Shown in pieces: positions 37,354 through 46,726 of a stretch of 64,000 nucleotides of DNA; position 1 is the stretch's first letter, and each line of letters begins with the position of its first letter. The stretch lies in the IMG/VR virus record IMGVR_UViG_3300046519_000214, positions 1 to 64,000 of that record; one strand, 5' to 3'. The stretch comes from a virus. The notes beneath the pieces are model-generated. The model was not told where the DNA came from. It did no database searches and saw only the letters and a list, made by a program, of their open reading frames with translations. The position numbers and the translations under genes are program-made.

Positions 37354-37806
37354 ATGTATGAGAACATTTGGGGATCCATCGTCGCCTTCTCGAACGATAT
37401 CATCGACGATCGTCGAGCCAAATACCCAGGCGTCGACATTGAATACGTGGACTGGGAAGCCCATGCCAACATCCAGGAGCTGCCAGAAGGCGACCTCATT
37501 GGCACAACGGCGATCACCTTCACGGAGGATCAGCCTGAGTTGTTCAACGGCTCGTTCACGATCGGTGTGTCGACCTATGCCGACGACAGCAATCTCTTCA
37601 GGCTTCGCAATTATGTGGGAGAGGTTTTCAACCGGCTGCGGCCGGGGATGAAAGTGCCCTTCTACGATCATGAGACGCTCGAGCAGAAGGGATGGTTTCA
37701 CATTGTCGATGGGACGATTGTGCTACCAATGACGAGGGCGGATGCCCGCCCTCTCCAATTCGTTCAATGTCAGTTTGTCTTCGACCCAGTCACTGCGACT
37801 GGCTGA
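37354..37806 (+). CDS. probable tail terminator
   Basis: 150-aa acidic protein before the tail tube gene. Confidence 0.5.
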   Translation: MYENIWGSIVAFSNDIIDDRRAKYPGVDIEYVDWEAHANIQELPEGDLIGTTAITFTEDQPELFNGSFTIGVSTYADDSNLFRLRNYVGEVFNRLRPGMKVPFYDHETLEQKGWFHIVDGTIVLPMTRADARPLQFVQCQFVFDPVTATG

Positions 37807-37993
37807 GAGACGAGAGCCCGCCCTGGGCAATCATGACAGTCCGGAGGATCTCCAGATTATCGCCGTGCTCTGCAGCGAGCGCGGCTTCAAGAAGGAAGAT
37901 GACTTCCTTGTTCATCGATCGACGATTGATCTCTGCTCTGCCTTCAAGCAGTGCAAATAACTCGTCTGGAAGGCTAGTTGAAAGACGACGCAT
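37790..37993 (-). CDS. Arc-family ribbon-helix-helix repressor
   Basis: LPDELFALLEGRAEINRRSMNKEVIFLLEAAL. Confidence 0.85.
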   Translation of the reverse strand: MRRLSTSLPDELFALLEGRAEINRRSMNKEVIFLLEAALAAEHGDNLEILRTVMIAQGGLSSLSQSQ

Positions 37994-38093
37994 TTCCCAC
38001 CATTTTGAATAATCTTGTGCCTAGCAAATATAAGTATCTCTCCTCATTTATCAAGCAGCAACACCTGTTCTGAACAATGAGGAACTCTCACCC

Positions 38094-38894
38094 ATGGCTG
38101 GCAACGCTAAGACCAAAAACTTCCTTCTTTCTACGGCGACCGTCATGATTGGCGCTCCTGACAAGCTGCACCAACTCAACCCTGCCGAACACTCGATCGG
38201 TCTCGTCAAGAACTTCCAGATGACCGCTGATCCGACGTTCGTCGAGCTCACGCAGGGCGTCAAGAACTCGGTCGTCATGTCCGTCAAGAACGGCGAAGGC
38301 CTGAAGTGCTCGATGGAAGTCTACGAGTACACGCTCCGCAACATGGCTTACGCAGCTGGTCTCGACGCCTCGGGCGTTGAGTTCGATTCGATCACCGACA
38401 TCTGGATCGCATCCGGCGCCTACGCAACGGCTGGCAAGACGATCGAAGTTGGCACCGACATCAGTGCGAAGCTGAGTGCCGGCGACTACATCTTCCTGCA
38501 GAACGGCCTGGACGATAAGGTCCACATTGCCAAGGTCGCCTCGTCTGCCTTCGCTGCGGCCAAGACCACGATCACCCTCGCCGCTGGCTACGAGCCATCT
38601 GCGACGGTCACGTTCCCGATCGGTACCCGTATCGGTAAGGTCAAGCGTATCGACGTTGGTGGCACGGATGTGCAGCCGGAATTCGCGGTCAAGATCGTCG
38701 GCCTCCTACCGGTCGACAACGCGCCGTTCACGATCTACCTGCCGAAGGTCAAGATCACGAAGGGTCTCGGTGTCGCGTTCCAGACGGACAACTTCGGCAA
38801 CCTGCCGTTTGAGTTCACTCCGTACTCTGGTGTCGAGAGCGATCCTCTTTACGCTGAATACGGACCTGCAGCGGCCATCCTCTTCAACCGCTAA
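38094..38894 (+). CDS. major tail tube protein
   Basis: Position, size and beta-rich composition; followed by a hairpin at 38919-38948. Confidence 0.75.
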   Translation: MAGNAKTKNFLLSTATVMIGAPDKLHQLNPAEHSIGLVKNFQMTADPTFVELTQGVKNSVVMSVKNGEGLKCSMEVYEYTLRNMAYAAGLDASGVEFDSITDIWIASGAYATAGKTIEVGTDISAKLSAGDYIFLQNGLDDKVHIAKVASSAFAAAKTTITLAAGYEPSATVTFPIGTRIGKVKRIDVGGTDVQPEFAVKIVGLLPVDNAPFTIYLPKVKITKGLGVAFQTDNFGNLPFEFTPYSGVESDPLYAEYGPAAAILFNR

Positions 38895-38972
38895 GCCCTC
38901 AAACTCTCTTGCAAATATGCGCCCCAGTCACCACATGACTGGGGCGCAATTGTTTGTAACTCTGGATCACAA

Positions 38973-39380
38973 ATGACCGAAATTCCCAATCCAAAATTGA
39001 CCATTACTCAGGACGGCAAAGAGCGCGAACTCTTCATGTCCTATGGACTTCTGAACGTGCTTTCGATCGCAGTCGGCTCGCCCGAACTGGTGCCGGCAAT
39101 GTCCCTCGACGATGAACTTCGAACCGAAGTTCTGAAGGCCGTCCTGGCTGAACGCAAGGTCACCGGCAAGGTCGTCCAGGCGATCGCGGATCTCGAAGAG
39201 ATCGAGATCTCCATCGACGACGTTGAAGCGGTTCTCGACTGGGCTGGAGAGCACCTCATGGGTTTTTTCATGCGGCGCTTGGCAAAGTCAGCCAAGCACG
39301 TGGAAAACCACAAAAGCCTACTCGAGGGCCTCAAGTCTTCCATGGATGGCTTGCGGAGCTTAGCTTCCGCGACAGCATAA
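38973..39380 (+). CDS. tail assembly chaperone (G-like)
   Basis: Between tail tube and tape measure genes; slippery G GGT TTT at 39260. Confidence 0.75.
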   Translation: MTEIPNPKLTITQDGKERELFMSYGLLNVLSIAVGSPELVPAMSLDDELRTEVLKAVLAERKVTGKVVQAIADLEEIEISIDDVEAVLDWAGEHLMGFFMRRLAKSAKHVENHKSLLEGLKSSMDGLRSLASATA

Positions 39381-39637
39381 TTTGGGCGCTGGGCGTCAGG
39401 CCCAGCCTTCTCGAGGAAGTGTACTGGTCGCACTCCCTCGAGGATCTGACCACTCTGGTGAGTTTGAAATCACAGGAGCGTATGGCCGGATACTACCAGG
39501 AATACGAAACGTTCCGCCTGGTAGTCGATGAAGCACTCGGAGGGGGAGGAAACTCCAAACCTGATGAGAGCGAGGCGATCCAAACCTTCGATCAACTCGC
39601 CAGGGCATTTGCCGACGTAGGAGGCACACTTGGCTGA
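39263..39637 (+). CDS. tail assembly chaperone -1 frameshift extension (T-like)
   Basis: The -1 frame is open from the slippery site to 39637. Confidence 0.65.
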   Translation, partial: FFHAALGKVSQARGKPQKPTRGPQVFHGWLAELSFRDSIIWALGVRPSLLEEVYWSHSLEDLTTLVSLKSQERMAGYYQEYETFRLVVDEALGGGGNSKPDESEAIQTFDQLARAFADVGGTLG

Positions 39638-42600
39638 GAATACCTTTGAAGTTGATTATGAACTGAACGCTGCCCAGGCTCGAGATGAGCTGGAGAAGGT
39701 TCGTAAACAACTCGACGGTGTCACAGCCAAGTTCAACAGTAATCTCGGGACTGCTAAGAAGGGCATTCTCGAGCTGACCAAGCTCCTCAGCGACATGGTC
39801 GCCGCAACCGAGAAAGGCACTGCTGCTCGCGCCCGTGCCGAGCGCAGTGCCACCTCGATCCTCGGAGCTCGCTACCAGCAACTTGGCCAGGGCTCGGGCG
39901 TCCAGAAGTCTCAGGAAAACCAGCTCAACCGAGTCGCCGCCCAGGCACTCGTCAACGATATTCAGAACACCGCAAAGGCTGCAGAAGCCCGCGTCACTGA
40001 GGCGATCGTCAAGCAGACCGTCAGCCTTCTGAAGACGACCGAGGCCGCGGTCGCAGCTCGCATCAAAAACGCCACGTTCGCCAACAACCAGTCGATCGCG
40101 AACTCCGACGATCGTTATCTCAGCGCCCGCAACACGCTGGCCAACCAGCGCCGTGCCGACGCCATCTATGCCGCAGAGAATGGTCGCGCCGCCCTGTCGA
40201 GCCGCAACCGTCTCGAGCAGCTGAACTATAACGGCGGCGCCGATCTCATGGGAATCCAAGGTCGCGTCATGCTGAACTACGCCGCAGTCGGTGGCCTGTT
40301 CAACACGATCAAGGGCGCCGGAACCGGCCTCGTCGAGCTGGACAAGGAACTGCATCAGTACCAGGCGATCTCTGCTGCCACGAACAAGGAGATGGTGCAG
40401 TTCAAGCAGAACCTGGTGCAGATCTCCCAGTCTGTTCCGTACACCACGCTCCAGATCACCCAGGCCGCAACCGCCCTTGCCCAGGCGGGTCTGTCCACTG
40501 GCCAGGTCAGCGAGTCCCTTGGCTCGATCGCGCAGTTTGCTACGGCCACGGGCTCGAGCCTGTCGCAGGCTGTTGACGTCGTGACCTCGACCCTCACGGC
40601 CTTCAACCTCGAAACGAGCCGCACGGGTGACGTCGCCAACATCTTCACCGCGGCGCTCAACCTCTCGAAGCTGTCCGTCGACAAGCTGCAGACCTCGCTG
40701 AACTACATCGGCCCGACCGCCGAAGCTCTTGGCCTGACGCTCGAGGAGACGACCTCGATCCTCGGTGCTCTTTCCCAGTCTGGCGTGAAGGCCTCGACGA
40801 TGGGCACAGGCTTCCGTGCTCTGCTCACCGACCTCCAGTCTCCATCCAAGAAACTGGTCGACGTGTTGAGGGCTGCTGGCCTGTCCGTCGACGACATCAA
40901 CGTCAAGACGAAGGGCTTTCTGCCTGTTATCGAGACGCTGAAGAAGGCGGGCTTTGGCGCAGCCGAGGCCTACGAAACTCTCGAGACCCGTTCCGCAGCA
41001 GCCTTCCTGGCACTGGCGAACAACACAGAACTGGCTCGTGATATGCAGCGTAGCTTCACGCTATCGGCTGCAGCTGTCGAGGCGAACGCCATTCAGATGA
41101 AGTCGCTGAGCAACACCGCCCAGGTCTTCAAGAACACTCTCGGCGCTTCTGTCTTCACCGCGTTCGAGCCCATCGTGGCGACACTGCAGCAGATAATCGC
41201 CGGTGCCACCACTGTCTTCTCCTGGCTCAATAAATTTCCTGGAGTGCTTCAGGCGATCGGCGCTGTCGCCGGCACCTTCGCAACCGTGCTCGGCGTCTCG
41301 CTGTTTGGCAGCTTGATCAAGAGCCTGGGTCTGATGATCCCGCTGCTCGCCAACTTCGCCACTGGGTTCAAGGGCGTGGGACTAGCCGCTACTGAGGGTG
41401 CTGTCGCCGTTGGCTTCTTCGGCCGCGTCCTCGCCGGCCTATCCGCTCTCACTCTCACCAACTGGATCGGTCTTGTCATCGCGGGTGTCGCCCTGGCGGC
41501 GGGAGCCTTCTTTGCCTGGAAGGGTAAGACCGACGAACTCACCAAGAGCATCGACGACCTCGAGTCCAAGGTCAATGAGCTGAAGGGCGCGGCCGACGCG
41601 ACCGAAAGCAAGATCGGCTCGCTCGACACCGCGATCCAAGGTCTGATCGACCGCCGCAAAGAACTTGACGGCGACCGGATCATGCGTGGCGCCAAGATCG
41701 ATGAGCTCCGTGCCCAGTTCAACGAGCTCGGTCTGTCCATCAAGGACGACACCATGTCGGTCACGGACCTCATCCGTGAGCTGAACGACCTTCGTGCGAC
41801 ATCCTCCCGAGTTCGTGCCGCTGAGCTGGCTGAGGCCGCTGAAGCTCGCCGTGGCGAGATCGACAAACTGAAGGAACAGCGCGGGAAGCTCACCGACCAC
41901 AATGGTCCTCAAGCCAACTACATCCGTGGTCTGGCCGATCAGGCGGTTGGTGGTGCCGGTGGTGGGATCGAGACCTCTGCGAACAACTACCTCATCGAGC
42001 AGATCAGCAAGCGTTTCGGCACCAACATCGGTGAGGCGCTTCGAATCTCGCTTGGCGATCTCAGCCAGGTCCACGATGCACGTCAGGCCCTTTCCCTCGG
42101 CAAGTACGTGAATGAACAGATCGGTGTTGCTCAGCGCCAGGGCGACCCCAACGGTAGCCTCGGCTTCCTCACGGAGCTGAAGGCCACGCTCGACCCGATC
42201 GTTGCCAACCTGACCAAGACTGCCGCAGCCGACGCCGATCTCGTCACCATCCTGCGCCGCGAAGCCGACGCTGGAATTCAGGGCTCGAAGTCCTTTGGTC
42301 GTTTGAGCGAGAAGTCGCAGTTCATCCAGAAGACGTTCGACGACAAGATGAGCGCGATCTCGACCGGGAATCTGAACGACGAGGAGAAGATCGAAGCATA
42401 CAGCGCCGTCCGCCGGTGGTTGGAAACCGTTCGCGACAAGTCGATCCAGGCGTTCAAGGATGATTTCGCGAAGGAATCTTCGACCGACCCCAACCTCGCC
42501 GGTCTCGACGACAAGTCCGTTTCGTCGCAGATCGACCAGGCGCTGGCCAGTCTGCAGCTGAAGCTGAACGAGGCGAGCCAGAAAGCTGTCACCAACCAGA

Positions 42601-45005
42601 CGAAGTACACCTCGAAGGAAGTCAAGAAGGCCGAGCAGAACCAGAACCGCGAGCTGGCCCGCTGGCAGCGGCAGATCTCTGGTGCCAAGAACAACGAAGC
42701 GTTCGAGGCTGCGAAGAAGGGCTACGACGAGCTCCGCAAGACGACGACGGCACAGATCATCAACTTCTATGATGAGCTCATCCGCCTCGCGAACCTGAAC
42801 AAGGATACCGACGCAGTCGAGAAGCTGCAGGAGGAGCGGAAGGAGTTTACGGAACGCGCTGCGGCCGAGTTGGCTGAGCAGAACCGTGCCAACGACGAGA
42901 AGGAACTCGACCTCCAGAAGGAGTCGCTGCAGCGCCAGCGTGAAGCTGTCCAGGACGCAGCGAAGACCCTCCGCACCAAGATCGAGGAAGCAACGGCCGA
43001 GCTGAAGAAGACGCCGCCGAGTGCAGCCATGAACGCGCTCGTCGACAAGATCAAGGAGCTGACCGGCCAGCTCAGCGGCGAGCTCAACAAGATCGGCAAC
43101 ATTGACGTCCAGCTCGAGGGCATCGATCTGAACGAGCCGATCAGCCAAGCAATGGCTGGTAGCGCCCAGTCTGCGATCAAGCACTATATGGACCGCGGTC
43201 TTTCCAAGGCTGGCGCCGCTGCGATCGCGTCGAACCTGTCCGTCGAGTCCGAGTTCAATCCGAATGCTCTAGGCGACCATGGCACCGCCCATGGTGTTGC
43301 CCAGTGGCGAGGCACACGCTGGAACGAGCTCCGGTCCTTTGCAATCCAAAAGGGCACAGCCGCGAACGATGTCAACACTCAGTATGATTTCGTACTGAAG
43401 GAGCTTATGCGTGACTACCCGGATCTCTTCGCACGGCTGAAGGCAGGTACCGAAGATCCGCAGGCTTTGTCGAAGGCGTTCATGAACATCTTCGAACGGC
43501 CAAACAAAGATCCGTCGATCAACCACGTCGGCAAGCGCATGTCTCGCGCCCAGGCGTTTCTTTCTGGCACGGACACCGCCGGTTCGGCTGAAACGTCCAA
43601 GATCCTCGAAGAGACCGAACGTCAGGCCACGGAGAACATCAACAAGGGTATCGAGGCCCAGGCAGAAGCTGCGATCACCAGCCTCAAGTCCCGTATCGGC
43701 AACCTGAAGACCCAGGTCCGCTTCACGGACGACGCAAAGTCGCTCAAGGATCTGCAGTCACAGATCCAGAGCGCCCACGACCAGCTCCTGGATCAGGAGA
43801 TCAAGAAGTTCGATGCTGAGAATGCCGAGCTCAAGAACACCAACCCGACCGACTACACGAACAAGCTCAAGGAGCTGAAGGACGGCCTGCACGAAAACCT
43901 CAACTCCGACCTTCAGAAGGTGATTGAGGAATATTTCAAAGCCGCGGAAGAAGAGCTGCAGCGGCCGGTCGATCGCGCCAAGGCTGCACTGGATGTTGCC
44001 CAGCAGCCCGACATGGCCAGCAAGTACACCACTCTGGACATTCAGAAGCTTCAGCAGAACGTGGTCGATCGCGAGCGTGAGGCAGCTGCCAACCGTGTCC
44101 TGCTCATCGAGCAGCAGATCGCTGAAGTTCGCCGCATGGCGGCTGACGCAGAAGCGAACAACACGGACGGCTCGCGTGACACCGAGGTGCTGCAGTGGCG
44201 CACCCTCGAGAACGACCTCATCGAGAAGAACAACCAGCTGAAGGAGCAGAACAACCTCCTCGACGCTGCCAAGGCGAACCAGGGGCCAACAACGGTCAAT
44301 GCGATCCAGTCCGCAACCGCAGCCTGGGCTCAGCAGAACGGCATCATCGACGCTACCGGTAAGATGATCCCGCTGGCAACCCAGGTGGGCAACGCCTGGG
44401 GTCAGGTGCTTGATGGTTTGTCTTCCGGCTTCTCGCAGTTCTTCATGAACATTTCCTCTGGCACCATGTTGGCCGGCGAGGCGTTCAAGCAGCTCGGCCA
44501 GACCATCCTCCAGATGTTCATGCAGATCATCGCCAAGGCCCTCGCCAACCAGATCATCATGTCGCTGTTCAGCGGTGGATCCGGCGGCTCTAGCATCCTC
44601 TCTCAGCTGGGGGAGGGTCTCTTCGGCATCGTCGGCGGCAAGGCTGTTGGTGGCCTGATCCGAGCCGCCAATGGTGCGGTCGCTCCGTTCCGCGACGGTG
44701 GCGCCTACCAGCTGATGCCTGGTGAGATGGTTCTGCGTCAGTCGGCCGTCCAGGCGATCGGTGAGGATAAGTTGACCCACATCAACAACCTGGGCAACCG
44801 CCAGATCTCGGAAGGCGCTCTCCAGGGTCTCGCTGCGAACAGCAACAAGAAGCAGGATCCTGGCATGGTCAACGTATGGGTTGTCTCGCCGGATCAAGTC
44901 CCACAGTCTGGCCCGAACGACATCATCGCTACCGTCAGCGCCAACATCCAGAACCGCGGCTCGATCAAGCAATTGATCCAGCAGGTAGCGATGGGTCAGA
45001 TCTAG
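39630..45005 (+). CDS. tape measure protein with an embedded phage tail lysozyme domain
   Basis: 1791 aa; TP901-like core (ALAQAG, LNYIGP); GLSKAGAAAIASNLSVESEFNP...GVAQW...FERP at about 43190-43560. Confidence 0.93.
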   Translation: MAENTFEVDYELNAAQARDELEKVRKQLDGVTAKFNSNLGTAKKGILELTKLLSDMVAATEKGTAARARAERSATSILGARYQQLGQGSGVQKSQENQLNRVAAQALVNDIQNTAKAAEARVTEAIVKQTVSLLKTTEAAVAARIKNATFANNQSIANSDDRYLSARNTLANQRRADAIYAAENGRAALSSRNRLEQLNYNGGADLMGIQGRVMLNYAAVGGLFNTIKGAGTGLVELDKELHQYQAISAATNKEMVQFKQNLVQISQSVPYTTLQITQAATALAQAGLSTGQVSESLGSIAQFATATGSSLSQAVDVVTSTLTAFNLETSRTGDVANIFTAALNLSKLSVDKLQTSLNYIGPTAEALGLTLEETTSILGALSQSGVKASTMGTGFRALLTDLQSPSKKLVDVLRAAGLSVDDINVKTKGFLPVIETLKKAGFGAAEAYETLETRSAAAFLALANNTELARDMQRSFTLSAAAVEANAIQMKSLSNTAQVFKNTLGASVFTAFEPIVATLQQIIAGATTVFSWLNKFPGVLQAIGAVAGTFATVLGVSLFGSLIKSLGLMIPLLANFATGFKGVGLAATEGAVAVGFFGRVLAGLSALTLTNWIGLVIAGVALAAGAFFAWKGKTDELTKSIDDLESKVNELKGAADATESKIGSLDTAIQGLIDRRKELDGDRIMRGAKIDELRAQFNELGLSIKDDTMSVTDLIRELNDLRATSSRVRAAELAEAAEARRGEIDKLKEQRGKLTDHNGPQANYIRGLADQAVGGAGGGIETSANNYLIEQISKRFGTNIGEALRISLGDLSQVHDARQALSLGKYVNEQIGVAQRQGDPNGSLGFLTELKATLDPIVANLTKTAAADADLVTILRREADAGIQGSKSFGRLSEKSQFIQKTFDDKMSAISTGNLNDEEKIEAYSAVRRWLETVRDKSIQAFKDDFAKESSTDPNLAGLDDKSVSSQIDQALASLQLKLNEASQKAVTNQTKYTSKEVKKAEQNQNRELARWQRQISGAKNNEAFEAAKKGYDELRKTTTAQIINFYDELIRLANLNKDTDAVEKLQEERKEFTERAAAELAEQNRANDEKELDLQKESLQRQREAVQDAAKTLRTKIEEATAELKKTPPSAAMNALVDKIKELTGQLSGELNKIGNIDVQLEGIDLNEPISQAMAGSAQSAIKHYMDRGLSKAGAAAIASNLSVESEFNPNALGDHGTAHGVAQWRGTRWNELRSFAIQKGTAANDVNTQYDFVLKELMRDYPDLFARLKAGTEDPQALSKAFMNIFERPNKDPSINHVGKRMSRAQAFLSGTDTAGSAETSKILEETERQATENINKGIEAQAEAAITSLKSRIGNLKTQVRFTDDAKSLKDLQSQIQSAHDQLLDQEIKKFDAENAELKNTNPTDYTNKLKELKDGLHENLNSDLQKVIEEYFKAAEEELQRPVDRAKAALDVAQQPDMASKYTTLDIQKLQQNVVDREREAAANRVLLIEQQIAEVRRMAADAEANNTDGSRDTEVLQWRTLENDLIEKNNQLKEQNNLLDAAKANQGPTTVNAIQSATAAWAQQNGIIDATGKMIPLATQVGNAWGQVLDGLSSGFSQFFMNISSGTMLAGEAFKQLGQTILQMFMQIIAKALANQIIMSLFSGGSGGSSILSQLGEGLFGIVGGKAVGGLIRAANGAVAPFRDGGAYQLMPGEMVLRQSAVQAIGEDKLTHINNLGNRQISEGALQGLAANSNKKQDPGMVNVWVVSPDQVPQSGPNDIIATVSANIQNRGSIKQLIQQVAMGQI

Positions 45006-45367
45006 AATTTGACGGAATGAAGGGGACCGCACTCAGGATGAGGTGCGATCCCCGGCCCGCCGAGTGCATCGATCACCTGGTTGTTCTTGAAGAACACCAG
45101 GTAGAACCCTTGGCTGTACGCCCCGAAACTATTCTTCGCATAGAAGGTCGTGCAGACTGCCCATGCTCGAGGATAGCGGAAATTGTCGACCGCCTGGTGG
45201 GGCTTGCCAGCCTTCAGATCCCGAACCGACCATGGATCCTTTGCTGACTTGCGAATGATGTCCGCGACCTTCTTGTCAGTCCCGGTAGGTGCCGGCTCAC
45301 TGGCAGCGTAAGCGGTGGTGGCGATCAACGTGATCGCTGCTGCGGACAAAATTCTGAAAAACTGCAT
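45002..45367 (-). CDS. secreted/periplasmic protein (moron)
   Basis: Signal peptide; KDPWSVR...AVC...AKNSFGAY motif; opposite strand inside the tail operon. Confidence 0.7.
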   Translation of the reverse strand: MQFFRILSAAAITLIATTAYAASEPAPTGTDKKVADIIRKSAKDPWSVRDLKAGKPHQAVDNFRYPRAWAVCTTFYAKNSFGAYSQGFYLVFFKNNQVIDALGGPGIAPHPECGPLHSVKF

Positions 45368-45372
45368 AACCC

Positions 45373-45388
45373 TTAACAGCACCTTAAC
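45373..45388. promoter_or_regulatory. CtrA-type binding site
   Basis: TTAA-CAGCACC-TTAAC, an exact TTAA-N7-TTAAC. Confidence 0.55.
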
Positions 45389-45517
45389 GATCTATCGACA
45401 ATTCTAATCTGTGGACCCCTGCGCGTTTTCTGCTCAGGGGTTGGCACGACTCAACCACTAGGCCACAATATCACTGATTTGCAACGGGGGACGTGAGTCT
45501 TGACGTAATTTACCCAC

Positions 45518-45590
45518 AAACGAAAAAGCACCGGGTTGCCGCCCAGTGCTTGTTCAAACCTTCAGAGAGCTCTTGAAGCCCCTTCACAAG
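45518..45590 (-). ncRNA. candidate counter-transcribed (antisense) RNA in the leader of the rep-like gene
   Basis: Minus-strand TTGACA at 45623-45618 followed by CCTGATTCG; about 70 nt with a small hairpin, then terminator AGCACTGGG-CGGCAA-CCCGGTGCT-TTTT. Confidence 0.55.
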
Positions 45591-45677
45591 GTCAAAGCTC
45601 TCATAAAACGAATCAGGTGTCAACGGGAAATTTGCCGATTTCTCGAACGATATCTTATACCTAAGTGAGGTACAGCT

Positions 45678-46466
45678 TTGACGGGAAACCTATTGGTTGC
45701 TCTGCAACTCAAACGTGCTATTTCCAAAGCCACAAAACTTCAGGTCTGCACCAATCTCTCGAGGATCCTTTGGGATCAGCACCACAAAGGCGAGCTCAGC
45801 GACCGGCGAGCTCACCAGCTCGACGCGGCCCTGAAACTACGCCAGACTCTGATCCACCAACGGATCATCACGGTGTTCACCGAGATCGAGCGGAAGAAGC
45901 CACAGCCCCGGAAGAGGGAGGCGTCGATTGCCCGCCGTCGTGGACTGGTTGCAGCGGGATTTCTTCCTCCGGAGATCGCTACCCAGTTCACCATGTCTGA
46001 GCAGGCGGTCCTCACAACATTGGCGAAGCTGGCTGGTGAGTGCTCTGTCATTCGTTGCGCCGTCGACGCCATCGCTGCCCGTGCGGCTGTCTCGAGATCC
46101 ATGGTTCAGAAGACGATCCGGAAAGCCCACGATATGCGGCTGATCGAGCGAAAGATTCAGAAGCGGAAGGGCGAGAAGAACGACTTCAACCTGATCAGGC
46201 TTCTGTGCCCGAAGTGGCTCGGCTGGTTGTCGCGGAGGATAGGGTGGAAAAAAGAAAGCACCACGAATACTCAAGGTTTATCTACTAAGAGCGCAGCGAC
46301 CGCAAACCCTTGTATTGCAAGGGAATCAAACCCATATCAACCCGCATGGAAACGTATGATTTCCCGTACTTCACCTGGACAACGGAATACCCAGAGTCCT
46401 CTCCAAAGGTGCAGCTCGGGCGAGGCTATGAATTTGCAGCCAGACCTCGCGGACCTGATCAGGTAA
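45678..46466 (+). CDS. HTH-domain protein, candidate plasmid-type replication initiator
   Basis: TTG start with GAGG RBS; AVDAIAARAAVSRSMVQKTIRKAHDMRLI wHTH followed by R...KNDFNLI; own promoter TTGGCA-N17-CACAAT at 45441-45469. Confidence 0.6.
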   Translation: MTGNLLVALQLKRAISKATKLQVCTNLSRILWDQHHKGELSDRRAHQLDAALKLRQTLIHQRIITVFTEIERKKPQPRKREASIARRRGLVAAGFLPPEIATQFTMSEQAVLTTLAKLAGECSVIRCAVDAIAARAAVSRSMVQKTIRKAHDMRLIERKIQKRKGEKNDFNLIRLLCPKWLGWLSRRIGWKKESTTNTQGLSTKSAATANPCIARESNPYQPAWKRMISRTSPGQRNTQSPLQRCSSGEAMNLQPDLADLIR

Positions 46467-46726
46467 AGTACACGCTCCACTACAAGACGATGAAGTTTTA
46501 CACGGACGAGACTGGCCGTGTCCTCACGGGTATCATGCCCAAGATCAACATCGCTCGTCTGGAAGAGTTCTACCTGAAGCACAAGCTGTTCGAGAAGTTC
46601 ATTCTGCCTTTGCCGGGGAAGGGGCTTTTGACCGTTCGCTTCAGCAAGCCGCTGAAATACCGTGTCGCTGAGGACGGTCAAGGTACTGTCGAATCCTTCG
46701 AGATGGAGGTCACGACCCAGCCATGA
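46346..46726 (+). CDS. minor tail protein M-like (distal tail)
   Basis: VQLGRGYEF...LEEFY..H...KF; position. Confidence 0.7.
   Translation: METYDFPYFTWTTEYPESSPKVQLGRGYEFAARPRGPDQVKYTLHYKTMKFYTDETGRVLTGIMPKINIARLEEFYLKHKLFEKFILPLPGKGLLTVRFSKPLKYRVAEDGQGTVESFEMEVTTQP

Noticed and set aside
33089-45032. Long minus-strand ORFs (33089-34231, 34997-36370, 41439-43184, 43758-45032) and similar plus-strand ORFs over the primase and nrdA
   Set aside because: Typical antisense shadow ORFs of high-GC3 genes, with no motifs or RBS
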